Assembly (NCBI RefSeq): GCF_011386835.1
Contig: NC_088805.1
Span: 16,988,001 to 17,052,000 of the forward strand
From: Chrysemys picta bellii
Lineage: Eukaryota
Direction: 5' to 3'
Length of the DNA: 64,000 bases
Positions 1 through 11,400 of this stretch are shown piece by piece. Numbering within the stretch: position 1 is the first letter of the stretch; each line of letters opens with the position of its first letter. The notes under the pieces are model-generated. The model saw only the letters and a list, made by a program, of their open reading frames with translations. It was not told the DNA's origin and made no database searches. Made by a program: the position numbers and the translations under genes.

Positions 1-1052
1 AATTTATCAATTTGTTTCAAAATCTGCTCTACTGATACCTCAATCTGGGACAGTTCCTCAGATGTGTCACTTAAAAAGCATGGCTCACATGTGAGAATCT
101 CCCTCACATCCTCTGCAGAGAAGACCCATGTAAAGAATTCATTTAGCTGCTCTGTAATGGCCTTGTCTTCCTGGAGTGCTCCTTTAGGACCTCGATCATC
201 CAGTGGCACTACTGATTGTTTGGTAGGCTTCCTACTTATGATATACTTCCAAAAAAATGCTGTTAGTTTTTGTCTCTTTTAATAGTTGCTCTTCACATTC
301 TTTTTTGGTCTGCCTAATTATACTTTTACACTTGACTTGCCAGAGTTTATATTCCTTTCTATTTTCCTCAGTATGATTTGACTTCCAATTTGTAAAAGAT
401 GTCTTTTTGCCTCTAAACACCTCTTTTACTCTGTTGTTTAGCCATGGTGGCTTTTTTATTTTTCTTCCCATTTGGGTTATACATATAATTTGAGCTCTGT
501 TATGGTGATTTTTTTTTTTAAGTTTCCATGCAGCTTGCAGGCATTTTACTCTTGTGACTGTTCCTTTTAGTTTCTGTTTAACTCGCCTCCGCATTTTTAT
601 GTAGTTCCCATTTTTGTGGTTAAATGCTACTGTGGTTGGCTTCTTTGTTATTCTCCCTTTCCCCCGCCACCAAAGGATATTAATTTAATCACATTATGGT
701 TGCTATTACCAAATGGTTCAGATACAGTCACCTCTTGGACCAGATCTCATGTGCCACTTAGGACTAACTCAAAAATTGCCTCTCCGTTTGTGGGTTCCAG
801 GACTAGCTGCTCCAAGAAGCAGTCATTAATGGTGTCTAGAAATTTTATCTCTTCATCCCATCTTGAGGTGACATGTTCCCAGTCAACACAGGGTTAGTTG
901 AAATCCCCCATCATTATTGGGTTTTCTGTTTTTATAACCTTTCTAATCTCCCTGGACCTTTCACAATCACTGTCACCATCCTAGTCAGGTGGTCGGTAGT
1001 ATATTCCTACTGCTATACTCGTATTATTCAAGCATGGAATATCTATCCAAGT
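1..1052 (-). mobile_element. CR1 LINE ORF2 fragment (APE endonuclease and linker region), degenerate
   Basis: The minus strand reads as CR1 ORF2-like text, e.g. GEAIFELVLSGT*DLVQEVTVSEPFGNSNHNV and KPPWLNNRVKE...EYKLWQVKCKSIIRQTKK, broken by stops and frameshifts. It runs off the window edge. Confidence 0.8.
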
Positions 1053-1807
1053 TAAGCATGTGTGTAAGTGTTTGCAGAATTGAGGTCAAAATTAATCACA
1101 AAACCTACAATCTAACTACAGTTTTATGCTAACTTAGTTAAAAGACCAGAAGAGCTCTGTGTAGCTCAAAAGCTTGTCTCTCTCACCAACAGAAGTTGGC
1201 CCAATACAAGGTATTACCTCACCTACTTGGTCTCTCTAATAAACCATACAATAAACCAGCTTTAAGAACCCCAACATTGTCCAATCTGAACAATACTCCG
1301 TTTACTCTGGATATCAGTCACCTAGAAGAAATGAGTTCAAGTTTCAAAAAGTTTATATTCTGGTGTAAATTGCACTGTCAAAATAAAGGTATATGCAGAA
1401 CAAATTATGAAAAAGTACCTGTATATGGGCAGAGTTTGAACATGCAAAATTAACCCTTTACATGACCGATACTTGTTCCACTCACTGTCATTGTGATGTA
1501 ATAATTTAGACACTAAGTTGTTTGTTTGCTAGCTACTGATTGTACTCTGATAATACTCTGCATGTTTAAAAAAACGTTGGTAAGAAATTACAACATTCCT
1601 CTGCAAATGTACATTAATTTATATCTCACTAGGAACACTTTATTCTTGAAGAGCAAGATATATCATAACTCACAAACCGCTATAATATGTAATTACAGAA
1701 GTGGCAGACAAGATAGTATAAAAGCAATGACTTCTTAATCTTAGTATAGAATCTGATGCTACTGTTCATGTGCATATGCATTCTGACAAATATATAGTAT
1801 GTGGGGT

Positions 1808-2022
1808 TTCAGAGTAGCAGCCGTGTTAGTCTGTATCCGCAAAAAGAAGAACAGGAGGACTTGTGGCACCTTAGAGACTAACAAATTTATTAGAGCATAA
1901 GCTTTCGTGGACTACAGCCCACTTATATGCATCCGAAGAAGTGGGCTGTAGTCCACGAAAGCTTATGCTCTAATAAATTTGTTAGTCTCTAAGGTGCCAC
2001 AAGTCCTCCTGTTCTTCTTTTC
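1808..2022. mobile_element. Short Penelope-like insertion: inverted pair of terminal repeats
   Basis: gtttcagagtagcagccgtgttagtc... followed by its reverse complement. 14-bp TSD atagtatgtggggt at 1794-1807 and 2023-2036. Confidence 0.85.
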
Positions 2023-2567
2023 ATAGTATGTGGGGTAATATATCAGGATATTCTTCCACAACTATGTATTATGGGCAAGTGCAGCAGCTCAACACATCTG
2101 GAGACATGAATATACAAAATAACTGGTTAAAACAAAAATTATTTTGGTGGCCACAGGTTAGTACCCATTTGCATAGAACTTCTATAAATTCCAGCACAAG
2201 GCCCAGAATGGAATAGAGGTATGTGGAAATCTATATGTCTCTTGCATGCTAATTCAAAGTACGCTTTGTTCAACCTACTACTCTTCACTTTCATAAGCAC
2301 TAAATTAACGAATATTTGTACTGAATAGTTATAAGCAGCTCAGGCTTCTTACAATGCAGCCACTGAATGACACCATTTCACTATCCAGTGTGAAAGCCAC
2401 AATTTGGTGCCTTTATATTCTTTTCATTATGTCAAAGGTTTCCCTGAATGAAAACTGCAACTATGCTTGTGAAACAAAATAGAGCTCTGCCCTAAGTGCA
2501 CGAGACAGCATTTGCCCAATGGTACTCACATTTATTTACTTTTCACACATCATTCTGTTCTTTACAG

Positions 2568-3161
2568 CAGTGGTTCTCAACTAGGGGTCCAGGGCCCACT
2601 GGAGGGCTATGAGCAGGTTTCAGGGGGTCCACCAAAATAAACCAGGGCAGGGCTTGGTTAGACTTGCTGGGGCCCAGGGCAAAAAGCCAAAGCCCGAGCC
2701 CCCACCAACAGCTGAAAACTGAAGCCAGAGCAACTTAGGGTATGTCTACACTGCCCATGTTACAGCACGGCAGCATTGTGATGTGGGCAGCATAGTCATG
2801 CTTTATCACTGGGGGAGAGCTTTCCCGATGATTTAAAAAAATACACCCGGAATGAGGGGTGGTAGCTTTATTGCCAGGAGCTGCTGTCTAAAACTTTTGT
2901 TGCTCACGGGGGTGTTTTTTCACAACCCTGAACGACTACAGTTTTAGCACTGAAAATGGCAGTGTAGGCACAGCCTTCGCTTCACGAGGCCCTCTGTGGT
3001 GTGGGGCCCTGGGCAACTGCTCTGCTTGCTACCACCTAACGCCGGCCTTGGCTTTTAATCTACTCGATATGTAGAAAAGCTGTTGTTGTGGCACAGATGG
3101 GCCCTGGGATTTTTTTTAGCATGTTGAGGGGCCTCAGAAAGAAACAGGTTCAGAAGCCCTG
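2568..3161. mobile_element. hAT-type MITE with a nested Harbinger-like MITE (2738-2975)
   Basis: Termini cagtggttctcaa / ttcagaagccctg. Imperfect 8-bp TSD (ctttacag/tttgacag). A homologous copy without the nested element is at 11361-11692. The nested element has gggtatgtctacact / agtgtaggcacagcc ends after tta. Confidence 0.65.
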
Positions 3162-3779
3162 TTTGACAGGACAGCTCACAGATCTCCTGGCAGACATTTT
3201 TCTAAGCAGAGTTGCAAGCCAACGTCTGTATTTTGGAAACTATGTTTCTCTAGCAAACATAGTTTCATTTTATTTTCATTCCATTTACTTCAGCAACTAT
3301 CTGCATCTTATTTCTCTCAACCTTCCAAACGTATAAAAATCCACAATGAGCCAAGAAAAGCAGATTTCCAGACACTTTAGTCATGCTAAAGAATGTATCC
3401 TTATCTTGTTATTTGGAAACAAGCTATACCACATCTCTTCATATCTGCTACAGTGTTGCAGTTGTTAAAACCAGACATGCTTAGGGATTAGTTTACTCTC
3501 AGTAACAGCTACATTTCATTCGCTTTAGAGGAAAAGGAAAATCACAAACCCCATGGGCTGTTAAAGTGCAAAACGCTTGTAAATGTTTAACTTTAAGAGT
3601 AACAAAGTAGCTTCAAATCTGCACAGTGCATTCGTCTTTGCACACATACACCCTCGCGATCGAAGTCTGGCATGCCCCTAAAACACGAAGTTCCCATCAC
3701 AACAACTTTCCCCACCAAACCAAAGTGTCCCTCTTTCCAAGCGCAGCGTCTCACCCTCCAATGAGAGAGCCCCCCCCCG

Positions 3780-4560
3780 TGGGAGGGGAGGCGCACAGGG
3801 CAGTGGGGCTGGAGTCAAGGGCGCTGCTTTGGGACACGGGGGGGGGGGGTTACTTTCAGCGGGTTCACTGCGAAGTTCACGCGCACAGAGCCCCCCCCCC
3901 CCCCCGGGCCCGGGCCCGGTGACCCCCCCCCCAGCACACACCCACCGGACTCGACCCTTGGGGCGCCCCGGCACCGGCTCCGCCCCGCCGGACAGGGACC
4001 CCGGGCCCCGCACTCACCATTGTGATTGACCCAGGTCGGCTTCAGGAGCTTCATTGTCCCCCGGCCCGGGGCCCCCGCCGGCCCGTGCCCCCGGGACCCC
4101 CGGGCGGGCGGGCTCCGGGCTGCTCCGAGAGGCGGCGGCTCGGCTCAGCAGCAGCCAGCAGCCATGGGCTCGCCTCGCTCCTGCTCTCCGCGCTGCCCGG
4201 CCCCTGCCCCGGCCGGAGCCGCCTCAGCGCCGCTCCATCCCCCGGCCACGGCCCCGGCCCTGCCCCAGCCACCTCCTCCCGGCCGCATCCCCCGCTCGGC
4301 TCCCAGCGGCTCCCCGGCAACGCCGGAAGTCTGCGCCGGGCAACCGCCTAACCGGCCCGGCGGGAAACAGCCGCCCCGAGCCCGGCTGCCCCCGCCTGGA
4401 GAGGGCGGGAGAAACCAGCGCCCCCGACCGCCGCCGCTCCCGCGTGGGGCCAGGGGTCGGTCTGGGCGGAGCGACCCTCCGCGGGCTGCGGGGAGCTCGG
4501 CCCAGTGCCCCCTCCCGGGCAGAGAGGGTCCGGATTGAGGGACCCCCGACAGCAGAGATG
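3780..4560. promoter_or_regulatory. CpG island / promoter of HIRA
   Basis: Very GC- and CpG-rich stretch spanning HIRA exon 1 and its upstream region. Confidence 0.8.
4018..4054 (-). CDS. HIRA: HIRA histone chaperone, coding part of exon 1 only
   Basis: ATG at 4054 gives MKLLKPTWVNHN(G), the HIRA N-terminus. The 37-nt coding exon ends at a GTGAGT donor (4017-4012). Exon 2 was not found in 1-4017. Confidence 0.95.
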
Positions 4561-4856
4561 GGGCAGGTCTAGGTCGGGTGGAGTGACCCCCCCTCCCCCG
4601 AGCAGAGATGGGGCAGGTCTGGCTTGAGTGACCCCCTGGCAGAGATGAGGGAAGGTCTGAGTTGAGGTTAACACACACACACCCAGAGGTGGGGGCCGAT
4701 CTGGGTTAAATGACATCCCTCTCCCCCTGCAGAGATGGGAGAAGGTGTCGATTGATTGACACACACATTCCCCAGGCAGAGATGAGGGAAGATCTGGGTT
4801 GCGTGACCCACCCCTGGGGCAGAGATGGGGTGTGGGGTGGTCTGGGTTGAGTGACA
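4552..4856. repeat. Degenerate minisatellite, about 7 units of 36-50 bp
   Basis: The motif gcagagatg(g/a)gg..g(g/a)tct..gagtgaccc recurs near 4552, 4602, 4638, 4729, 4776 and 4818. Confidence 0.75.
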
Positions 4857-5945
4857 ATTGCATTGTGCTGTAAGTGAAACTGACTAGTCTATTTTCACTG
4901 GCAAAGTTGAGAGAAATGCAAAAAGTAAACCAACAACATGAACAGGAAAAAGAACATTTGGATACTAAAAGGGAAATAACTTTCAATAACCTGGACTTCA
5001 ATCCTGCAAACACTGCACTCCTTCAGTTCACTGGGACCACAGGTGTGCAAGTGTTTGCAGGACCAGGGCAACAGGTGAGATCTATGTTGTATTTTTAATT
5101 ATGTAAAACAGTGTCCCTTTATGGGTCTCTAAATAGGCCAAATTTAGCAGCACTAGGTAAATACCCCTATAATGGGACATTCGGTACCCAATGTGAAACT
5201 TTATGCTACCACATACATCATTATGTAACTGTATCAAGAACATAATAAACTTGTCAGTACAAACTCTAACTATGTCTAGACACAAGATATATTTTATTAC
5301 CTTTGTAGTTGATGCTCATATAATTTACTTTGCTACAATGTCATTTTCTCTAGTTATTTCATAAACAAAAATGTTTGTTAGATGAATAACTACACTTTGC
5401 ATTTACTGTTCTTTTTTCATAAGCTAGGGCAATTTTACTTTCTTTAGGGAAACTTTGTGATTGTCCATAAATTTTTCATAGTTCTAAGCATTAGAAAATC
5501 ATAGAAATCAGAGTTGAAAACACCCAGTAGATCATCTAGTCTACCCTCCTCTGCTTGCCTCTCTCTTCCCCTACAAATAATGTACAATGCTGTGAAGTTG
5601 GAGGAATCTGGTTGTTTACTTTTTCATGAGTGGCCTAAGTAGCATATTAATCACACTCACTTTTAACTCTTTTGTAGCATATTCCCATTAATGTGTTACC
5701 CTGTTTTTGCATGATAAAATCTTTGGAATTGTGCAAAACTTTAAATCATGTGATAAGACTCTAGATTTATCTCCCTTAAAGTCCTGTGTAAATAGGTATT
5801 TATGCTCTATTTATTGGTGACTATGCAGTGCTAGGTACTGATATTGGAATTCAGGGGTGAAATCCTAGCCCCACTGAAGTCAGTGGCAAAACTGCCATTG
5901 ATTTACACGAACCCATGATTTAACTCCAGGAATGGGATTTGTCAG

Positions 5946-6417
5946 ACACAATTTAAATTTATGCTCCAAATTCTGTATTTTCAGTTATCTCCATTTCAGC
6001 TAAAGAATCCTGCACAATGAGTTTCAATTAAGCATTTTGAATTCTTCCTTTTTTTACATTTAAAAAGGAGATGGCATTAAAGCTGAGAGCATTGTGTGGA
6101 GGAGGAAGGGAAGCTGACTTTGAATACTTATACATCATCTTCCAAAACGGTAGGAACAAAGTGGGTGTGTTGGAAGGTAACACAATTTAAACGTATGTTC
6201 CAAATTCTGTATTTTCAGTTATCTCCATTTCATCTAAAGAATCCTGCACAACGAGTTTAAATTAAGTATTTTTAATTCTTCCTTTTTTTTATATATTTAA
6301 AAAGGAGATGGCATTAAAGCTGAGAGCATTGTGTGGAGGAGGAAGGGAAGCTGACTTTGAATACTTATACATCATCTTCCAAACGGTAGGAACAAAGTGG
6401 GTGTGTTGGAAGGTCAT
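5946..6417. repeat. Tandem duplication, 2 x ~234 bp
   Basis: acacaatttaaa...gtgttggaaggt occurs at 5946-6179 and 6180-6417 with roughly 90% identity by eye. Confidence 0.9.
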
Positions 6418-7052
6418 ATGTCCAGCTACAGGATTAAAGAGTTTGTGTGCTAGCCAAGTCAAAGGGAGTGGAGGATTATATGTAGCACACCAGCATTCAA
6501 TTCTCTAAACACACATGTATGTGAGTGATTATGTATACAGCTAAATGGTTGTGGGGTCAGGCCCTATATTTGGTAACCAGTAGCTCAAATTTGATCCCTT
6601 CAGTGGCTTACTTCCAGAAAGCCATTTTGAAAATTGCTAACTAATTTCAGAAAGGCCTTCAATGAAGGACTTGAATTGTTTGAATATTTTGGAAGAGCAG
6701 TTGAAGGAAAATGTTCTTTTTATTTTGATACTTAGGATGAATTAGTGGCCCTATTGGCATTACTGTCAATATTCCCATTTACTTGAATGGGGTCAGGATT
6801 TCATCTTTGGGAGTCTAATCTAAGCATTGTTCATAGTCAGATATTTAATTAAGAGTTTTTCCATGCAAATGTATTAATCCTCTTGATTTTTTTAAATTTA
6901 TTCCACCTCCCTCAATCTTTCTGCACTTTTCAGATTGTCATGATTCCCCACCAATATCCCCTCAGTACTTGCTACTAGCTTTTGTTGTATTTCAAATATT
7001 AATAGCTGTGTTTAGGGACACCCTTGGAGTACAAGGGTACGACACGCTATAT

Positions 7053-7525
7053 CAAGGGTTGGCAACCTTTCAGAAGTGGTGTGCTGAGTCTTCATTTTTT
7101 CATTCTAAGGTTTTGCATGCCAGTAATACATTTTAATGTTTTTAGAAGGTCTCTTTCTATAAGTCTATACTCTATATCTAAACTATTGTTAAGTGTCAGA
7201 GGGGTAGCCGTGTTAGTCTGGATCTGTAAAAAGCAACAAAGAGTCCTGTGGCACCTTATAGACTAACAAATGTATTGGAGCATAAGCCCATGAAAGCTTA
7301 TACTCCAATACATTTGTTAGTCTATAAGGTACCACAGGACTCTTTTAAACTATTGTTGTATGTAAAGTAAATAAGGTTTTTAAAATGTTTAAGACGCTTC
7401 ATTTAAAATTAAATTAAAATGCAGAGCCCCCCGGACCGGTGGTCAGAACCTGGGCAGTGTGAGTGCCACTGAAAATCAGCTCGTGTGCCGCCTTTGGCAC
7501 GTGTGCCATAGGTTGCCTACCCCAT
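7053..7525. mobile_element. hAT-type MITE with a nested Penelope-like hairpin insertion (7191-7345)
   Basis: Same family as 44702-45012 and 52101-52407. The nested element has a 12-bp TSD taaactattgtt (7179-7190, 7346-7357). Confidence 0.8.
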
Positions 7526-7769
7526 ACTCTCAAACAGTGGCAGCTACTTGCTTCAGGGGGTTTAGGGAGCCAAGTATTTGGTGATTACTCCAGAGGGTTA
7601 GGGTTCAGAGGGATTGGGTTTAAGAGGCTTTCAGATTCCCAGACTGCAGGGACTGGGCTCTAGGGTTCCGTGTGTTTGGGCTGCAGGTGGTTCAGTGACC
7701 AGCCACCAGAGGAATTGGGAGGATTCTAGGTTTTCAGGAGCCAGAGGTTCAGCATGAGACTCGCCTGTA

Positions 7770-8420
7770 GTTTCTCCTCGAGCGCCCCCTTCAGTCCCAC
7801 GTGAGTCCTGCAGCTGTCCCGTAGCAGCCCTGCTGTCAATGTAACGCGCCTCTTTCCCCTGCCTAAAGCCATTCGCCCTCCTCGGGCAGTGAGTCAGGCG
7901 CGAGCGTTGCCCTCTGCACCGGCTTCCCACGCTGCTCCGCGCCCAGGGCCGGATTCCTCGCGAGGCGGAACTAGGGGCGGGGGGAGCAGGTTTGCAGCCG
8001 GCCGCAGTTGCTGGCGCACCACACTGGCGGGGAGCTGAGAGGAGCCGCTGCTGCCGAGGTGCCCAGGCCCCGCAAGAACCATGCTGGCGGCAGCCTGCGG
8101 GGCGGTGCGCCTGCTCCCCAGAGTCCGGGGCGGAGCGGGGAGCTCCCTGCTCAGGTAGGGCCAGAGATACCCCCGGGCTCCTGCTCTGGGGCTCGCCGGC
8201 CGGTCCCCAGCCCTGGCCTCCTCCAGCCGGCGCGTGTGGCCCCTGTGACCCCACCTCCTGCCCGGCCCGAGGGCCCCGGGCAGCGCCCCCTCGCTGCACG
8301 GGGAGTCCTCGCGCGAGGAACGCCGGGCGCGTGCGCCCTCCCCTGTGATACGCGGGGCCGGCCGCTCACAGCCCGCGGGCCCCCCGTGGGCGGAGTGCCC
8401 ACGCCCATGGGTAATGCAGA
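7770..8420. promoter_or_regulatory. CpG island / promoter of MRPL40
   Basis: CpG-rich with GC boxes (ggggcggggg near 7975), spanning MRPL40 exon 1. Confidence 0.75.
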
Positions 8421-11400
8421 GGCGTAGTAGCCACCAGGCCCCTGCATGGGATGCTCTGATCCGAGCCCGGAGACAGCAGGGCCCGCCCGGGCCCTGCCCT
8501 GGTGTAATTTGCCACCGGTGCTTTCCTTAAGCGTGGCCCTTGTTGAAATTCCTGGCCTTTCATTTGTTGCACCGTCTTGGTCTGCCTGGCTACCCTCACT
8601 GCCAATTGCGGGTGTTGCCCTCCTGGAAGCAGCAGGTCCCAGCATGTGATACATGTTCCTTGTCATCGGGATGGAGCGTTGCAAAAGAGTTGGACACCTG
8701 CTTGGATTGAGATGGAGTATTACACGCAAGAGTTGTGGTACCAGCAGACTTAGTCTGTGCTTAAGCAGAAGGGCAGGGACAAGTTGGTGACTCAGACTTT
8801 GACAGATAGTATTTCTTTTGCATCCGAAGAAGTGGGCTGTAGCCCACGAACGCTTATACTCTAATAAATGTGTGTCTCTTAGGTGCCACAAGTACTCCTG
8901 TTCTTTTTCAGTATTTCTTTTGTGACTTCATATCCTCTGTAAACCCTGAGAAACTGCATCACTCTGTTCCTAAAAGTAAAGCTGAAAATACTCCCTAGTT
9001 CAGAGAATCAGTTATTTTTTACTTTTCAAATACACCGTCATTTGAATTTGAGACATAATTAAGCTGTGATTTTTTTTAAGTGATTTTCCGCCCTTGTGGA
9101 TTCAAACAGTGCAAAATTTGGACAGTTATTGGGCTGAAAGGGTTAATATTTGTTATAGTTGAGTTTGTGCCAGGCCCCACTACTGGCTCAAACAGTTGAG
9201 GATGGACTGAAGATTATTCATTATAATGTATGCCTGTAAGTGGAATCTCTAATAAAAGGCAGTATACAAAAGCTATATAGTAACGTAATTTAATTTGATT
9301 GTTCTCATGCTTTGTATTCCTTTTTTCTTTAGTTCTCAGCTGTCCTGGGCCATTCATTTTCGGGGAAACCATTGGCAGACTTCTCTGCTGGCATTTCAGG
9401 CGTCCCTCCCCATGCGGTAAAATACAACTTAGATTGTATTTCATAGAATAGTTTTCAGCTGTTCACAGCCTCCTTACAGGAAGTGAGGAAAATTTAAACT
9501 ATTCAAATGAATATGTGCACGTATATATTTCTACATTATGAGGCATAGATATAAAAGAAGGTAGAACTATTAGGCTCTAGTGTAGTGTTTAATCCCCATA
9601 TATGTAGCTAATGCTCTGAATAAAATTTTAGTGTTATGGTTAGTTGTATTTACTCATAATTCCTCAGTTATGAAGGCATGTAACGTAAAAGTGTATGTTT
9701 GGAGATATTCTGGTTTAAACAGCATTCCGGTTTTTCCTTTAGAACAGTAGTTGAAATGTAGCACTAGCTGCACTAAAAATACTTTAAATGTACTTTTCCT
9801 ACATTTATAGATGTGTAGTATCAGTTTGCACGCCACCCTTTTCTTAATACAACTTGGTTAAAATGACTCCATAGTTAGTAGCTAAAATACTGTACGACTT
9901 CTGTTTCAAGCCAACATCCAAATATAAAATCTGTCTGCTAATGCTGTGTGTGTAGTATAAGGAAGCAGCATGGCTTGGTGGATTGAACACCAGAGTTCTA
10001 AGACAGACTGCCATTGACTTATTCTGTAGCATTATGCAATTCACTGACCCACTGTCTTGGTTTCCCTATCTGTAAAATGGGCATGATTCTTCACAGGAGT
10101 GCTGTGAGGACTAATTTGTTAATGTTTGTAAAGTACTAAGTAGTATTCTTCTGTGTATAGATTGATATAAGAAAATGTACTATATTACAGTTTATATTGA
10201 TTTGCTGCAAGAATGCTTCTCAAATTTCCAGTATGGATAGATAAATATTCCCTATCAGACACACCCTTTTATTCTGGAATGGGTTTACTATAGAAACAAA
10301 AAGTATTCAGTATTACATGTGTATACACAGATACAAATTTTTTAAATTAATTTCCTCCAGTAGAGCAGAACCGAGGAAGAAAAAGAAGGTTGATCCAAAG
10401 AGAGAACAAGCACTAAAGGACCGTATGAAGAAAAGGATAAAAAAGATGGAAAAAGCTGCCCAGGAAATGATTCCCATTGAGGATTTTGTAACACCATTCA
10501 AGTTCTTGGATGCTTCAAGGTATGGAGAACTGCCAGCTTTTACCTTGGGGTTGATAATGAACCAGAGAGGTGCAAATAACTGTGAAATACCCTCTACCTA
10601 CTGACACTACCCTGTTGCCCATAAGCTGTCTTGTGCTAGATACAAGGGAGTAAGTTTTCAGATACATAGTTAAAGGATCAAGACAATTGTGACTTCTGCA
10701 GCTCTAGAATTTTTTTTCTTGAGTTGTTTCTCCATCTACAAACTGCTTTTGAAACAGTGTTTTGTGTTTATAATGAAAAATTGTAATTCTGGGTGTGGGA
10801 TACAGAGTTGCTTTTTTAAAAACCTTTTGATAAATCGGATGGGACCAGTTTAAGACTTTGTCTCCAATTCCAGGTGCTGAGATGGACTTTGGAGGAGTTT
10901 CTGGCAGGACCAACAGTCTATCATTAGAGGAGGGGCAGCAGACCCTTCTCTCTGATTTTGGAATGTTCTCTTGCTTCACACATGCAAAAACATATCAGTG
11001 TAATTTGTTTGTGTGACTTCTTTGTTCCCATTTTAGATTCATTTGTATCCCTGTTCTGGCACCTGGTAAGGGGAGTGTTGTTTACTGGTTGGAGCAAGAA
11101 TTTGAGAATTAAGTCCTAGGTTCTACTCCCCACCTACTCTGCCACAGACTTTGGGCAACGTACTAGTTGTGGCTGTGTCAGTCCCAGGATACAAGAGAGA
11201 CAAGGTGCATGAGGTAATATCTATTATTGGACCAACTTCTGGTGGTGAGAGACAAGCTTTTGAGCCCCCCAGAGCTGTTCTTTGGGTCTGGGAAAGGAAT
11301 TTCCAGTGTCCCAGCAAAATGCAAAGTCTTTAATATCAGTAGTTAGCACATACTGTAAGGCAGGGGGGCTGTGAACAGGTTTCAGGGGGGCCGCCAAGCA

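Noticed and set aside
1-4017. HIRA exon 2
   Set aside because: No GKPIFSVDIHPDG-type sequence was found on the minus strand, so it must lie left of the window.
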